Shown here one piece after another: positions 18,353 through 29,218 of a DNA stretch of 64,000 bases. The notes beneath the pieces are model-generated. The model had not been told where the DNA came from, did no database searches, and was given only the letters and a program-made list of their open reading frames with translations. The stretch is from an archaeon. GTDB lineage: Archaea; Nanobdellota; Nanobdellia; Woesearchaeales; UBA9642. A program made the position numbers and the translations under genes. Location of the stretch: positions 160,001-224,000 of the forward strand of contig JAGVGF010000003.1 of NCBI GenBank assembly GCA_020057295.1. The letters are read 5' to 3'. Position 1 is the stretch's first letter. Each line of letters opens with the position of its first letter.

Positions 18353-19075
18353 CTATTTTTTTACTTGAGGAAATCCGTGTTTTTCTCCCCAACCAAATGG
18401 ATCTTCACGCCATTCTTCTAACATTTTTAGTTGTTCAGAAGTTATCTTTTTGTCATCTAATGCAATTTGTAATAATCTATCATATGTCAATATAGGTATC
18501 AATTTGCATGGTTCTGTTAATTTATGCCCTTCTTTATTGTATGCTTCTGTTCCTGCAAACATTGCTTGTGCTTTTGGCAGACCATAACTGAATATTGAAA
18601 CGCAGAAATTTATCTTTCCATTAGCATCTCTTATTCCTTGAACGGCATTTACAGAACTTCCTCCTGTAGACACAAGATCTTCTATTAGAATTACTGTTCT
18701 TCCTTCCAAATCTTTATCTTCTGATAAACCTTCTATTCTATTTTTTAAACCATGATCTTTAGGTTTTTCTCTAATATAAATAAATGGAGAATTTTTAAGG
18801 TTTGCAAGTGTTGTAGCTGGAGAAATTCCTGCAGTACTTGTTCCTGCTATGACTGTTCCGTCATTATAATCTGTTTGTGTTAATGCATTGTTTAATGCAT
18901 GTGCAACCATTAATCTGTCTTGTGGTTCAAATAATAGCAATCTATTATCGTTATATATTGGCATAAAAAATCCTGATGCCCATTGAAATGGTTTTTCGGG
19001 TCTTAATATTATTCCGCCTATTTGTAAAGATCTTCTAGCTATTCTCTCACTAAATCCGTTATATTCAATTGCCAT
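18353..19075 (-). CDS. pyrE: Orotate phosphoribosyltransferase
   Basis: FQWASG..PIYNDNR, YIREKPKDHG, LIEDLVSTGGS. Confidence 0.95.
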   Translation of the reverse strand: MAIEYNGFSERIARRSLQIGGIILRPEKPFQWASGFFMPIYNDNRLLLFEPQDRLMVAHALNNALTQTDYNDGTVIAGTSTAGISPATTLANLKNSPFIYIREKPKDHGLKNRIEGLSEDKDLEGRTVILIEDLVSTGGSSVNAVQGIRDANGKINFCVSIFSYGLPKAQAMFAGTEAYNKEGHKLTEPCKLIPILTYDRLLQIALDDKKITSEQLKMLEEWREDPFGWGEKHGFPQVKK

Positions 19076-19185
19076 GACAATCCCCCCATAAAATATGAAT
19101 AAGATTCCTTATAGTATAAGCTTTATATATTTTACTATTCTGAAGTGTATACACTATCTTTGTTTTTTAATTTTTTTTATGAGAA

Positions 19186-19764
19186 TTAATGTAATAGTAA
19201 TACTCTCTTTTTTTCAAATTCTACTTCTTTAGGTTTATATGGTATAGAACTGACCCACACAATGTTTGCATGAACATTTTCTAAAGATCTAACTAATTCA
19301 GGCATGTAACTTCCATTAAGGTGAGGATCTATTATTACTACTCTCTTGTCTTTAAACTCTTGATAAGAAGTTTCTACCCTCATAGGATTTGGGATGTATG
19401 TAAAAGTTCTTTGATGAATATTGGCCACATGTGTTCCTCTTACAAGACCGTAGGGTACAGTGCCTATAACTATATCGAGTTCCTTATCAATACCGTCTTG
19501 TAATAAATCTGTTAAATCTTCGTTATGTTTGTCTTTGACTAACACCAAAGATTTATTTGTTGTCAATGCTAATGTTGTTCCTGCGATTAATGCAGTATAA
19601 TTTGCAACGACTATAATATCAAAGTTAGGAGGTATTTGAGAAAACAACATCTGATCTAATTTTCTACGATCATGATACTCATTTATTTTTGGAAGCGTGT
19701 ATGTCTCAGGCACTCTCAACGAGACTGCATCATCAGGTAACATTACTCCAGCGATAATTTTCAT
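19186..19764 (-). CDS. Degenerate type I phosphoribosyltransferase-fold protein (PyrE paralog)
   Basis: Colinear similarity to the adjacent PyrE (TTLA..NKSLVLVKDK; KRVVIIDPHLNGS), but the PRPP loop is degenerate. Confidence 0.6.
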   Translation of the reverse strand: MKIIAGVMLPDDAVSLRVPETYTLPKINEYHDRRKLDQMLFSQIPPNFDIIVVANYTALIAGTTLALTTNKSLVLVKDKHNEDLTDLLQDGIDKELDIVIGTVPYGLVRGTHVANIHQRTFTYIPNPMRVETSYQEFKDKRVVIIDPHLNGSYMPELVRSLENVHANIVWVSSIPYKPKEVEFEKKRVLLLH

Positions 19765-19867
19765 ACATGTGGGAATTCAAAATCTTTTATAAGATTTACT
19801 ATTTTTTTGAGTGACATCTAAACCTTTTTTCCTTAAACTTTATAAAACATTATCTATTATTTTAATT

Positions 19868-21274
19868 ATGGTTCCTATTAGACTACATAATACTTTGACA
19901 AGAAAGAAAGAAGATTTTATTCCCATTAAGGAAGGTCACGTAGGGCTATATACTTGTGGACCGACAGTTTACTGGTTTGCGCATATTGGAAATTTACGAA
20001 CATACATATTTGAAGATTTACTCAAGAGAATGTTCTTATACAATAATTATCAAGTTAAACATGTAATGAATATTACAGATGTCGGTCACTTAACATCAGA
20101 TGCTGATGAAGGCGAAGACAAAATGTTGCTTGGTGCAAAGCGTGAAGGTAAAACTGTATGGGATATTGCAAAATTCTATGAACAAGCATTCTTTAATGAT
20201 ACTAAAAAATTAAATATTCTAGATCCAGATATCACATGTAGAGCTACAGAACATATTAAAGAAATGGTTCATTTAATTGAAAAACTTGAAAAAAATAAAA
20301 TAACTTACTCAGTTGATGGTAATATATATTATGATATAAGTAAGTTCAAAGCATATGGAAAATTAGCAAATATCAACCTTGAAGATTTAAAAGCTGGTGC
20401 AAGAATAGAAGTTGATAAGAATAAACATAATCCTCATGATTTTGTATTATGGTTTACTAAAAGTAAATTTCAAGATCAAGAAATGAAGTGGCCTAGTCCT
20501 TGGGGTGTAGGTTATCCTGGATGGCATATTGAATGTTCAGCAATGAGTATGAAATATCTTGGAGAAAATTTTGATATACATTGTGGAGGAATAGATCATA
20601 TAAGTGTACATCATACTAATGAAATTGCACAATCAGAAGGTGCTACTGGACATAAATGGGTTAATTATTGGTTGCACGGAGAATTCTTAGTAATGGACAA
20701 AGGTAAAATGTCTAAATCTAGTGGAGAGATATTAACTGTTGAAACATTAGAAAAACATGGCTACAATGCAATGGATTATAGATATTTATGTTTAAACACA
20801 CATTATAAAACTCCGTTAACATTCAGTTATGATTCTCTTGACGCGGCAAAAACTGCGTTTCAAAGTCTTAAGAGTAAAGTCTTAGAATTAAAAAATAGTT
20901 CTGGACATTTAAAAATCGAACATAAAATAGATATGGATAAATATCGGCGTGAATTTTTAGAGGCTATTAATGATGATTTAAATATTCCAAAAGCTTTAGG
21001 GTTATTGTGGACTCTGCCTAAGGATAAAGAGTTGAATAATAAAGAAAAGTACGATTTAATTCTAGAATTTGATAAAGTCTTCGGATTAGAATTAACACAT
21101 GTTAAAGAGGAAAAAATCGAAGTTCCTTATGAAATTTTAGAATTAGTTAAAGAACGTGAACATGCACGTAAAACTAAAGATTGGAAGAAATCCGACGAAT
21201 TAAGAGATTTAATAGCTGGTAAAGGCTATGCTGTTGACGATGCTGCTCAAGGTTCTAAAGTTAGAAAATTATAG
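19868..21274 (+). CDS. cysS: Cysteine--tRNA ligase
   Basis: YTCGPTVY, HIGN, PGWHIECSAM, DIHCGGIDH, KMSKS. Start placed at ATG 19868, 29 nt after TTTATAAA. Confidence 0.97.
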   Translation: MVPIRLHNTLTRKKEDFIPIKEGHVGLYTCGPTVYWFAHIGNLRTYIFEDLLKRMFLYNNYQVKHVMNITDVGHLTSDADEGEDKMLLGAKREGKTVWDIAKFYEQAFFNDTKKLNILDPDITCRATEHIKEMVHLIEKLEKNKITYSVDGNIYYDISKFKAYGKLANINLEDLKAGARIEVDKNKHNPHDFVLWFTKSKFQDQEMKWPSPWGVGYPGWHIECSAMSMKYLGENFDIHCGGIDHISVHHTNEIAQSEGATGHKWVNYWLHGEFLVMDKGKMSKSSGEILTVETLEKHGYNAMDYRYLCLNTHYKTPLTFSYDSLDAAKTAFQSLKSKVLELKNSSGHLKIEHKIDMDKYRREFLEAINDDLNIPKALGLLWTLPKDKELNNKEKYDLILEFDKVFGLELTHVKEEKIEVPYEILELVKEREHARKTKDWKKSDELRDLIAGKGYAVDDAAQGSKVRKL

Positions 21275-21359
21275 GATAAAATAGAATTTCTAAGATAATC
21301 CTAGAATAAAATGAAGCAATTATCGTCAATTTTATAAACAATATTCTATTATATAGATT

Positions 21360-22046
21360 ATGAGTATTTCGCCTAAACTAAAGACTGCTGTACTATTTTC
21401 TGGAGGGAAAGATTCAGGCCTCGCTCTCTCATATGCATTGGAACATACTGATGTTAAATGTTTGATAATTATGGTTTCTCAAAATCTTGAAAGTTACATG
21501 TTTCACACTCCAAATATTAAATGGGCACAAGTTCAAGCTAAAGCTATAGGAATTCCGTTTATTATTCAAGAAACTAAAGGTGTTAAAGAAAAAGAATTAA
21601 AAGATTTAGAAAAAGCCATAAAGTTAGCAAAAACAAAATATAAGATTCAAGGAATAGTTACTGGAGCAATAGAATCTGTATATCAAGCATCACGTGTTCA
21701 AACAATAACTAATGATTTAGATCTTGAATGTTTCAATCCGTTATGGCAATGTGATCAGATAGAATTATTAAAAGAGTTATTAGATAAAAAATTTGAGATA
21801 ATAATTATAGGAGTTTTTGGTTATGGTCTTGAGAAGTTGATTGGTAAAACAATTGATAGGGTATTCATTGAAGAAGTGAAATTTTTGAAGGATAGATTAA
21901 AGATTAATCCTGCAGGGGAAGGCGGAGAATTTGAAAGTTTCATGCTAAATGCTCCCTATTATACAAAGCGTTTAGAAATAATTAAAAGCACAATGACTGT
22001 CGATAAAGAAGGCGGAAAAATAATGATTATTGAAGAGTTAAAATGA
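21360..22046 (+). CDS. dph6: Diphthine--ammonia ligase (DUF71 ATP pyrophosphatase)
   Basis: LFSGGKDS PP-loop, SYMFH, GAIESVYQ, PLW, GEGGEFES. Confidence 0.9.
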   Translation: MSISPKLKTAVLFSGGKDSGLALSYALEHTDVKCLIIMVSQNLESYMFHTPNIKWAQVQAKAIGIPFIIQETKGVKEKELKDLEKAIKLAKTKYKIQGIVTGAIESVYQASRVQTITNDLDLECFNPLWQCDQIELLKELLDKKFEIIIIGVFGYGLEKLIGKTIDRVFIEEVKFLKDRLKINPAGEGGEFESFMLNAPYYTKRLEIIKSTMTVDKEGGKIMIIEELK

Positions 22047-24520
22047 AAATTATAGATTTTATTCAACCTCATAAAACTAAATTAGTTAAGACAGCAATAG
22101 CTATAACTATACTTGTTATTTTATTAATTATAGGATTATTATTACTACAAATAAATTTTCTAATTGGTGAGGAAATACGTGTGAGTGTAAATCCCGAGTA
22201 TTCTACTATTCAAACTACCAGTCCTTCTCTTTTAGAATTTTCCACATCTGTAACTATATATAACAAATTCGTATGCAGTGCCGAGTGTTCATATACTTTA
22301 GCAGATCTATCTCATGATACTATTTTAGATAATGGAACTTTTAATTCTAAAGCATATAATAATAAACGTTATACAAAAAATATTCAATTAGCGGATTATG
22401 GTTATGGTAGAAATCTATATAGTTATACTATTAAGTGTGGTAATATTCCCACAACTTTGTGCCCATCATCTAATATTACTGTCGTACGAGAATCTCTTAT
22501 GATTGTAGAATATAGTCCTTCTAAGGAACAGATTTCGGCACTAACAGAATTGAGAAAATCTTATGATAATATTAGCATCGCATTATCTTCTTCATGGAAA
22601 AATATTGATTACGCAATTAATGTGACTAAAGAATTTAATGATATAAAGTTTGACACTAATAAATTATATTCCCTAAAGTCAACACTTGATTACGTGAAAA
22701 CCGATTTTAACGATGTACTAAATGTCTGGCGTAGCGATAATTACATTTTGGCTAAAGATTCTTTATCTACAAAGATATTAGTTGCAAGATCTAATATGTT
22801 ATTTGATGATTCAAAAAAACAGATTTCAGAAATAATTAGTATTATTAATAAATATAATTTTGTGATTACTCAATTATCCTATGTCAATAATGATATAGTT
22901 TTATATCCTTCATTATATTCGAAAAGTTATTTACTTAACGATTCTGTTGTTGAAAATCAAATGTTTAATACTGTAAAAGATGTTAATATCTTAATCACGG
23001 GATTCAATAGTAATGGTTACGATAATTATGATGTTGTTCTGAGTCAAATATCAGACATAAACAAAGAAGTTATATCTACAAACAACAAGATAGTTAGCGA
23101 TTACCCTCTTCTAAAAAAATATTATCCATCATTATATGTTTATTCTGGAATAACTTGTATGCTTAATAACACTAATTGTGATAGAAAATATACTTCTGTG
23201 CCATTAAATATTACTGACATGAACTTAATTCTAGATACTCTCTGTTCTGATAGTAAATCAATATTAAACACTCCACCTATAAATAGTAATACTACTGGCT
23301 TAGACTCGGAAGAATCATTATTATTTGAATATTATTTGTTGAATGATTATAAATCAAAATATGCAGATAATGATAATATTAATTTAGTTACAGCATATCA
23401 AGAAAATATAAGTAATACTTTGTTCTTAGCATATAATATTACTATAAATCAGAAATCACTTAATAACTACAAATTTAATAAAGCACAATTCTCGTTTTAT
23501 AATAATGATGTAGTTCTTCGTGACGTGGTTAAATTATATAATTTGTGCAATGCTGATGTTTCTAGAAATAATTTTGTTAGTGTTGTAAAATTATCTAAAT
23601 CTTATAAGTACATGCCTAATATTTCTACCACGGAATTTAATGTTGTTATTCCTGAACAGCCTATAAGTGCGGAGAAATGTTGTATATATGGTGAATGCTT
23701 GTCCTGTAAGAATAATAATAACAATTCTAAGAATCCTTTAATATTATTGCATGGACATTCTTTTAATAAAGATGATACAGCATATCAATCTATAGAAATA
23801 TTTAATTTCTATGCTCATAATTTCTCTTCTAGTAAGGAATATTATTTTGGTGGAACTCTTGTACGAAACACTAATAGCACTTTAGGTCCTGAAATTTTAG
23901 GAGGATATAATGTTCCAGTACTAGTGAAACCGACTTATTATATTGATACATACAGCGATATTTTAGGATTAAAATCTAGTGAGTCAAAAAATGGTAATAT
24001 TGACACGTATGCATTAAGACTTAAAGATATTATAGATTATACATTATATACTACGGGTGCTAGCAAGGTTGACATTGTTGCGCATTCAATGGGCGGAATA
24101 GTTGTAAGAAGATATGTTCATATATTTGGTAATCAGCATATAGGCAAGGTTATACTAATAGCTACTCCTAATAGCGGTATTGATGATCATTCATATATTA
24201 TATGTAAAATTTTTGGCGCAATAAACGAATGCGATGACATGAAATCAGATAGTTTATTCTTAAAAAAACTTAACGATCCAATAAATCAACAAAAAATTCA
24301 AGAATTATACTTGGTTATTGGTAGAGGATGTGATACTAACGGGGTTGATGGTGATGGGGTTGTTACTGTGAATAGTTCTTTAATTAGTGGTGTATCTTCA
24401 AGTAACATTCTTTTTGTCAACGGTTCATGTACTACAACAACTCCTCTACATAATGCTTTATTAAATCCTGGATTGTATCCTGAAGCATTATCTTATGTGC
24501 GTGAGGTATTATCAAAATGA
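22043..24520 (+). CDS. Large membrane-anchored protein with C-terminal alpha/beta-hydrolase (lipase/PGAP1-like) domain
   Basis: N-terminal TM; PLILLHGH, VDIVAHSMGG nucleophile elbow, IATPNSG, DGDGVV, PLHNAL. Confidence 0.85.
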   Translation: MKIIDFIQPHKTKLVKTAIAITILVILLIIGLLLLQINFLIGEEIRVSVNPEYSTIQTTSPSLLEFSTSVTIYNKFVCSAECSYTLADLSHDTILDNGTFNSKAYNNKRYTKNIQLADYGYGRNLYSYTIKCGNIPTTLCPSSNITVVRESLMIVEYSPSKEQISALTELRKSYDNISIALSSSWKNIDYAINVTKEFNDIKFDTNKLYSLKSTLDYVKTDFNDVLNVWRSDNYILAKDSLSTKILVARSNMLFDDSKKQISEIISIINKYNFVITQLSYVNNDIVLYPSLYSKSYLLNDSVVENQMFNTVKDVNILITGFNSNGYDNYDVVLSQISDINKEVISTNNKIVSDYPLLKKYYPSLYVYSGITCMLNNTNCDRKYTSVPLNITDMNLILDTLCSDSKSILNTPPINSNTTGLDSEESLLFEYYLLNDYKSKYADNDNINLVTAYQENISNTLFLAYNITINQKSLNNYKFNKAQFSFYNNDVVLRDVVKLYNLCNADVSRNNFVSVVKLSKSYKYMPNISTTEFNVVIPEQPISAEKCCIYGECLSCKNNNNNSKNPLILLHGHSFNKDDTAYQSIEIFNFYAHNFSSSKEYYFGGTLVRNTNSTLGPEILGGYNVPVLVKPTYYIDTYSDILGLKSSESKNGNIDTYALRLKDIIDYTLYTTGASKVDIVAHSMGGIVVRRYVHIFGNQHIGKVILIATPNSGIDDHSYIICKIFGAINECDDMKSDSLFLKKLNDPINQQKIQELYLVIGRGCDTNGVDGDGVVTVNSSLISGVSSSNILFVNGSCTTTTPLHNALLNPGLYPEALSYVREVLSK

Positions 24521-25086
24521 TTTTAATTGTTAATATATGTAATAATTTATTGCATTATCAAGAATTTGTAAGACCTATAGAGGACATAATTCGAAATACA
24601 GAAGAGCCTTTCATAACTAGGCATTATACGGAATTAACCTCTAAGGATGTGTATGATTCTCATAGAATAATTATTACTGGAACATCGCTTCAAGATTTTG
24701 AATATTCTAAACATTTAGATAAATTCAAGTTTATATCTGATGAATTATTGAAAAACGATTCTTCAAAGAAACCAATACTCGGTATTTGTGGTGGGATGCA
24801 GATATTGTGTTTGATGCGTGGATGTAAGCTTGTTAAAGGTTTAGAAATTGGTTTAGTTAAAGCAAAATTTTCAGCTGAATTTCTTGGAATGAATGGCGAA
24901 AAGGACGTTTACTCATTGCATAATATGGTTGTTAAAAAGGATAATGCTTTAGAAAAACATTTCCATATCTATGCTTCAACAAAATATGTTCAAGCTGTTA
25001 AAGATAAACATTATAAAATTTATGGTGTATTATTTCATCCTGAGGTTCGCAACAAAGATATTATACGACGTTTTTTATGTGTATGA
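24517..25086 (+). CDS. Class I glutamine amidotransferase (GMP synthase subunit A-like)
   Basis: PILGICGGMQ (Cys) and FHPE (His-Glu) catalytic triad. Confidence 0.88.
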   Translation: MILIVNICNNLLHYQEFVRPIEDIIRNTEEPFITRHYTELTSKDVYDSHRIIITGTSLQDFEYSKHLDKFKFISDELLKNDSSKKPILGICGGMQILCLMRGCKLVKGLEIGLVKAKFSAEFLGMNGEKDVYSLHNMVVKKDNALEKHFHIYASTKYVQAVKDKHYKIYGVLFHPEVRNKDIIRRFLCV

Positions 25087-25140
25087 TAGTAAAATTTTTA
25101 AGTGTATAAGCAAGGTTTTCATTGAGGTTTTATTTATCTG

Positions 25141-28100
25141 ATGGTGAGGCACAATCTAGTAATAATATTAGTAATAGCACTGTTAGCTTTTAGCATATTT
25201 TCTATTAATGTATCTGGTACTAGTTTTAAAAATGATGATAAAAGATATCGTAATATAGAAGATAAAATAAGTAGCGAAGGATATGCTAATGTCATTATAG
25301 TTTTTGAAGATGAACAATCAAGTGAGCAATCGGTTAGTGATAGAGACACTAAAGGTAGATTATTGCATACAGCATCACAAGATATTCAAGATACACGTTA
25401 TATTCAAGACGTGCTTGTGTCGAATGTAAACGGATTTGATAAAAAATCTGATTTGGATATAATAAATGGTTATGCTGGAAAGTTAACTGTTCAAGGATTG
25501 AATGATTTAACAGTAAAGTCTAAAAATTCTGGTAAAAAATTTAAAGTTTATGAAGATAAAATATTGCATATTTTAGATGTAGATTCTAATACCCTGACAG
25601 ATCTTAATATAAGTACATCAGCTGTGAATGCAAATTATTCTTGGAATGTTATGAATATAACTGGAAGAAATATAAGTATAGCTGTGATTGATACAGGAAT
25701 ATATTATAATAATTCAGATCTTGGAGGATGTTACGGTAATGGTACTAATACTAGTTGTAGAGTATTTGATGGTTACGACTTCGTCAACAGCGACTATAAT
25801 CCTATAGATGACAACGGACATGGTACACATGTTGCTGGAATAATAGGAGCTAATGGAACAATTAAAGGAGTTGCTCCTGAAGTTACTATTTATGCATTAA
25901 AAGCTTGTAGTGTTGGAGGTTCATGTCTTACTTCAAATATACTTCAAGCAATTAGTTGGGCAGAAAATCATTCGATTAAAATAATTAGTATGTCTATTGG
26001 AGGATGGGTTTCTAATACTGATGAAGGAAATAGCGGTAAAGATCCTTTGTCTCTTGCTGTGGATAGCGCTTTCAATAATGGCATAGTTGTTGTAGTAGCT
26101 GGAGGAAATAGTGGTGCAGGAATATCTACTATAAATGCTCCTGGAGCTTCTGAAAAAGCTATAACTGTAGGAGCTGTTAACGATGCAGGAACTATAAGCA
26201 CTGGCGATGATACTGTAGCAAGTTTTAGTAGTTTAGGTCCTTCTGCATTTGGAAGATTAGATCCTGATATTACTGCACCGGGTGTTAATATTCAGTCAAC
26301 ACGTGCAGGAAATTTAACTCCTTCAAATTTTGTTTGTAATGGAAATTATTGTACTGCATCAGGAACAAGTATGGCTGCTCCTTTTGTTGCAGGAGCTGTA
26401 GCTTTATTATTAGAAAATTATCCTTCCTTGACACCTTCGCAGGTTAGAGCTATTATTATGCAATCTTCAAAAGATGTTTCTGGAAAAGTATTTCAGAAAG
26501 GAACAGGAGAACTAGATTTACAGAATTTGTTCCAATCACATGTTTATGCTAATGTACAATCAGCTAATCCTTACGGGATTAGTGTGATAAATGATAGATG
26601 GGAGTTTGTTATAACTCCTTATTCTACTAACTATGCAAATATTACTATAATAAACAATAATAATTATAATATTACTTTTAACACTTCTATAGATTCTATA
26701 AGTAATATGGAAAATTCTCAGACATTAAATATTTCACAATTACAATTACCCTTAAGTTTTAATGTGACCAATAGTAGTAATTATACTTTTATGATAAATT
26801 TTACATTGTCAAATTTCACTAGTATTTATGCTACAACTTATGGTGGAGCAATTATTCTTTCAGGACTTGGTAATAACGGTTCTAATAATATTACTAAAAC
26901 ATTACGCGTTCCTATAGTAATCACAGTTCCTATAATGAATTATGGATTATTGAGTAGAACAATGACTAATAATCCTAATAATGCTCCTTTAGATAATGAG
27001 GATGTATATTTCTACGCTTATTATAATAATAATTCCCGTAATCCTAAGGTTCAGATTAACTGGTCGAGTTCATCAAACGATTTACGTTTATATTTATATA
27101 ATTCTACAGGAGATTTTGATGTAAATTCTAAAACTCTGTTAACAACTACACAGTCTGTTAATACTTTTAAGAATGATGTTTTTAAGTGGTTTAGGATTGA
27201 TGGTTATGATTTTTCTCCACCAATAACATTTAATATTAATATTACAGAACTAGGAAATACTGCACCAACAATAGTAAATATTACTGATGTGAATGATACA
27301 TACAATTCTACAAATGGTTCAACTACTTTGTTAAGATTTTTACGTGGAACAAACATTACAATAAAAGTTAATTATACTGATAGTGATAATGATAGTGTTA
27401 CGGTATCATTGAACGATTCTAGATATAATTTAATCAATTCTTCAAATAATTATGCATTATATCAACTAGATTATAATTCAAGTCTTCCAAGCAATCACAC
27501 AGCACTTGTTACGTTGACAGACACTTATGGTGCATCTTCAACATATTATGTTAATATTTTATTATATACAACAATTAATATTCTAAGTTTTACGCCTTCA
27601 AACACAACAGTTTATGTGCGTAGAAATGACACCATTAATTTTACACAGTATACTACAGAATCTAATGCTTTAACATTATATTATTATTGGTTTATTAATA
27701 CAACATTGAACGCTACTACACAAAATTTTACTTTCAACACGACAGGATATGTCGCTACCAATTATAATATAACATTCACAGTATCCAATAATGCCTCGAT
27801 TAATACTACCAACGAAACTGTTACATGGAATGTTTTTATTGATGATCAAGGACCAACTGTAAATATAATAAGTCCTAATATAACACAAAATTATTCAAAA
27901 ATATATATTAATTATACTTCTACAGATTCTCTTTCTGGAGTATCATCATGCTGGTATTATATTAACATAACAAATACTTCAATCAATACCACTTCTGGTT
28001 CATGTTCTAATATCTCAATATATCTTCCTAATGGAGATTATACGCTGATTTTATATTCTAATGATACTGTAGGAAATGTAGGTTATAACAATTTAACATT

Positions 28101-29214
28101 TAACTTAAATGATACGGTTGCGCCAGTAATTACAAACCCTTTGCCTAGTGCAACGCAAAGTGCTGGTGTGATTAGCGTTACTTTAAGTGTGATTACAGAC
28201 GAAAATGCTACATGTAAATATAGCACAACGAATGTGAATTATTCTCTCATGACAGGTTCATTTACAGACTCTGTTACAAATCATTCTACGAGTTACAGTG
28301 TTGCTGACGGATCAACAAATACTATATTTGTACGTTGCAGCGATATGTCTAATAATTCCAATAATTTATCTACAAATATTTCTTTTAGTGTCAATAGTCC
28401 TGCGCCCGTTTCTACTTCGGGCGGTGGCGGTGGTGGAGGCGGTTCAATACAAAGATCTGTTGATACAATAACAAGTAGTATCGATACAGTACATGTGGGT
28501 GAGACAAGCATCGCTGTAGATAGTTCTACCATTCCATTAAGCAGGATATCTTTTGAAACAAACGATGTTGCAGAAAAAGTCAAATTCACAATTAGTAAAG
28601 TAAATTCTCCCGCAAATACTTATAGTGATAATAACAATAAAGTTTATGCATATGTTAGTGTTGATCATGTAAATCTTCCAGAGAGTATTGTAAAAAGTGC
28701 AAAAATATACTTCGATGTAACATCTGCATGGCTCTCAAATAATAATATAAATAAAGAATATGTGAAACTTGTAAGGTTTAATAATTATGATAGTACATGG
28801 AATGTTTTATCTACAGAATTATTGAACGAAGTTGATGGAAAATTATATTATGTTGCAAATAGTCCCGGATTAAGCTTATACGCTATAAGTTATCAATTGC
28901 CCGTAATTAATGATACAAGTGCTATAATTATTCCCAATATTACTACGGAAAATGTTACTCGAGATAATACTATAAGAATCCTTGACTCAAATAATTCTAA
29001 CGTTTCTAATAATCAGAAAACTAATAAACAGGTAAATAACTCTAATTTCTATACACAAATGGTTGTTGTTATATTGTTTAGTGTGTTTGTACTTGTATTG
29101 TTAGTAGGATTTATTGTGCGTCAAAGATCTACCAAAGAGTATGAGGAAGAAATTATTCGAGAAACAAATAATGAGCTTAAAAGCAGTAAGATGCCTCGAA
29201 ATAAAATGAAGTGA
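25141..29214 (+). CDS. Cell-surface S8 subtilisin-family serine protease with Ig-like repeats, PGF-pre-PGF domain and C-terminal TM
   Basis: Signal peptide; IAVIDTG, HGTHVAG, SGTSMAAP; Asn/Thr-rich middle; SGGGGGGGGS linker; SPGLSLYAI; C-terminal TM. Confidence 0.93.
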   Translation: MVRHNLVIILVIALLAFSIFSINVSGTSFKNDDKRYRNIEDKISSEGYANVIIVFEDEQSSEQSVSDRDTKGRLLHTASQDIQDTRYIQDVLVSNVNGFDKKSDLDIINGYAGKLTVQGLNDLTVKSKNSGKKFKVYEDKILHILDVDSNTLTDLNISTSAVNANYSWNVMNITGRNISIAVIDTGIYYNNSDLGGCYGNGTNTSCRVFDGYDFVNSDYNPIDDNGHGTHVAGIIGANGTIKGVAPEVTIYALKACSVGGSCLTSNILQAISWAENHSIKIISMSIGGWVSNTDEGNSGKDPLSLAVDSAFNNGIVVVVAGGNSGAGISTINAPGASEKAITVGAVNDAGTISTGDDTVASFSSLGPSAFGRLDPDITAPGVNIQSTRAGNLTPSNFVCNGNYCTASGTSMAAPFVAGAVALLLENYPSLTPSQVRAIIMQSSKDVSGKVFQKGTGELDLQNLFQSHVYANVQSANPYGISVINDRWEFVITPYSTNYANITIINNNNYNITFNTSIDSISNMENSQTLNISQLQLPLSFNVTNSSNYTFMINFTLSNFTSIYATTYGGAIILSGLGNNGSNNITKTLRVPIVITVPIMNYGLLSRTMTNNPNNAPLDNEDVYFYAYYNNNSRNPKVQINWSSSSNDLRLYLYNSTGDFDVNSKTLLTTTQSVNTFKNDVFKWFRIDGYDFSPPITFNINITELGNTAPTIVNITDVNDTYNSTNGSTTLLRFLRGTNITIKVNYTDSDNDSVTVSLNDSRYNLINSSNNYALYQLDYNSSLPSNHTALVTLTDTYGASSTYYVNILLYTTINILSFTPSNTTVYVRRNDTINFTQYTTESNALTLYYYWFINTTLNATTQNFTFNTTGYVATNYNITFTVSNNASINTTNETVTWNVFIDDQGPTVNIISPNITQNYSKIYINYTSTDSLSGVSSCWYYINITNTSINTTSGSCSNISIYLPNGDYTLILYSNDTVGNVGYNNLTFNLNDTVAPVITNPLPSATQSAGVISVTLSVITDENATCKYSTTNVNYSLMTGSFTDSVTNHSTSYSVADGSTNTIFVRCSDMSNNSNNLSTNISFSVNSPAPVSTSGGGGGGGGSIQRSVDTITSSIDTVHVGETSIAVDSSTIPLSRISFETNDVAEKVKFTISKVNSPANTYSDNNNKVYAYVSVDHVNLPESIVKSAKIYFDVTSAWLSNNNINKEYVKLVRFNNYDSTWNVLSTELLNEVDGKLYYVANSPGLSLYAISYQLPVINDTSAIIIPNITTENVTRDNTIRILDSNNSNVSNNQKTNKQVNNSNFYTQMVVVILFSVFVLVLLVGFIVRQRSTKEYEEEIIRETNNELKSSKMPRNKMK

Positions 29215-29218
29215 TATT

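Noticed and set aside
28419-28443. GC-rich GGC/GGT run
   Set aside because: Encodes the poly-Gly linker of the protease; not an RNA or repeat element.
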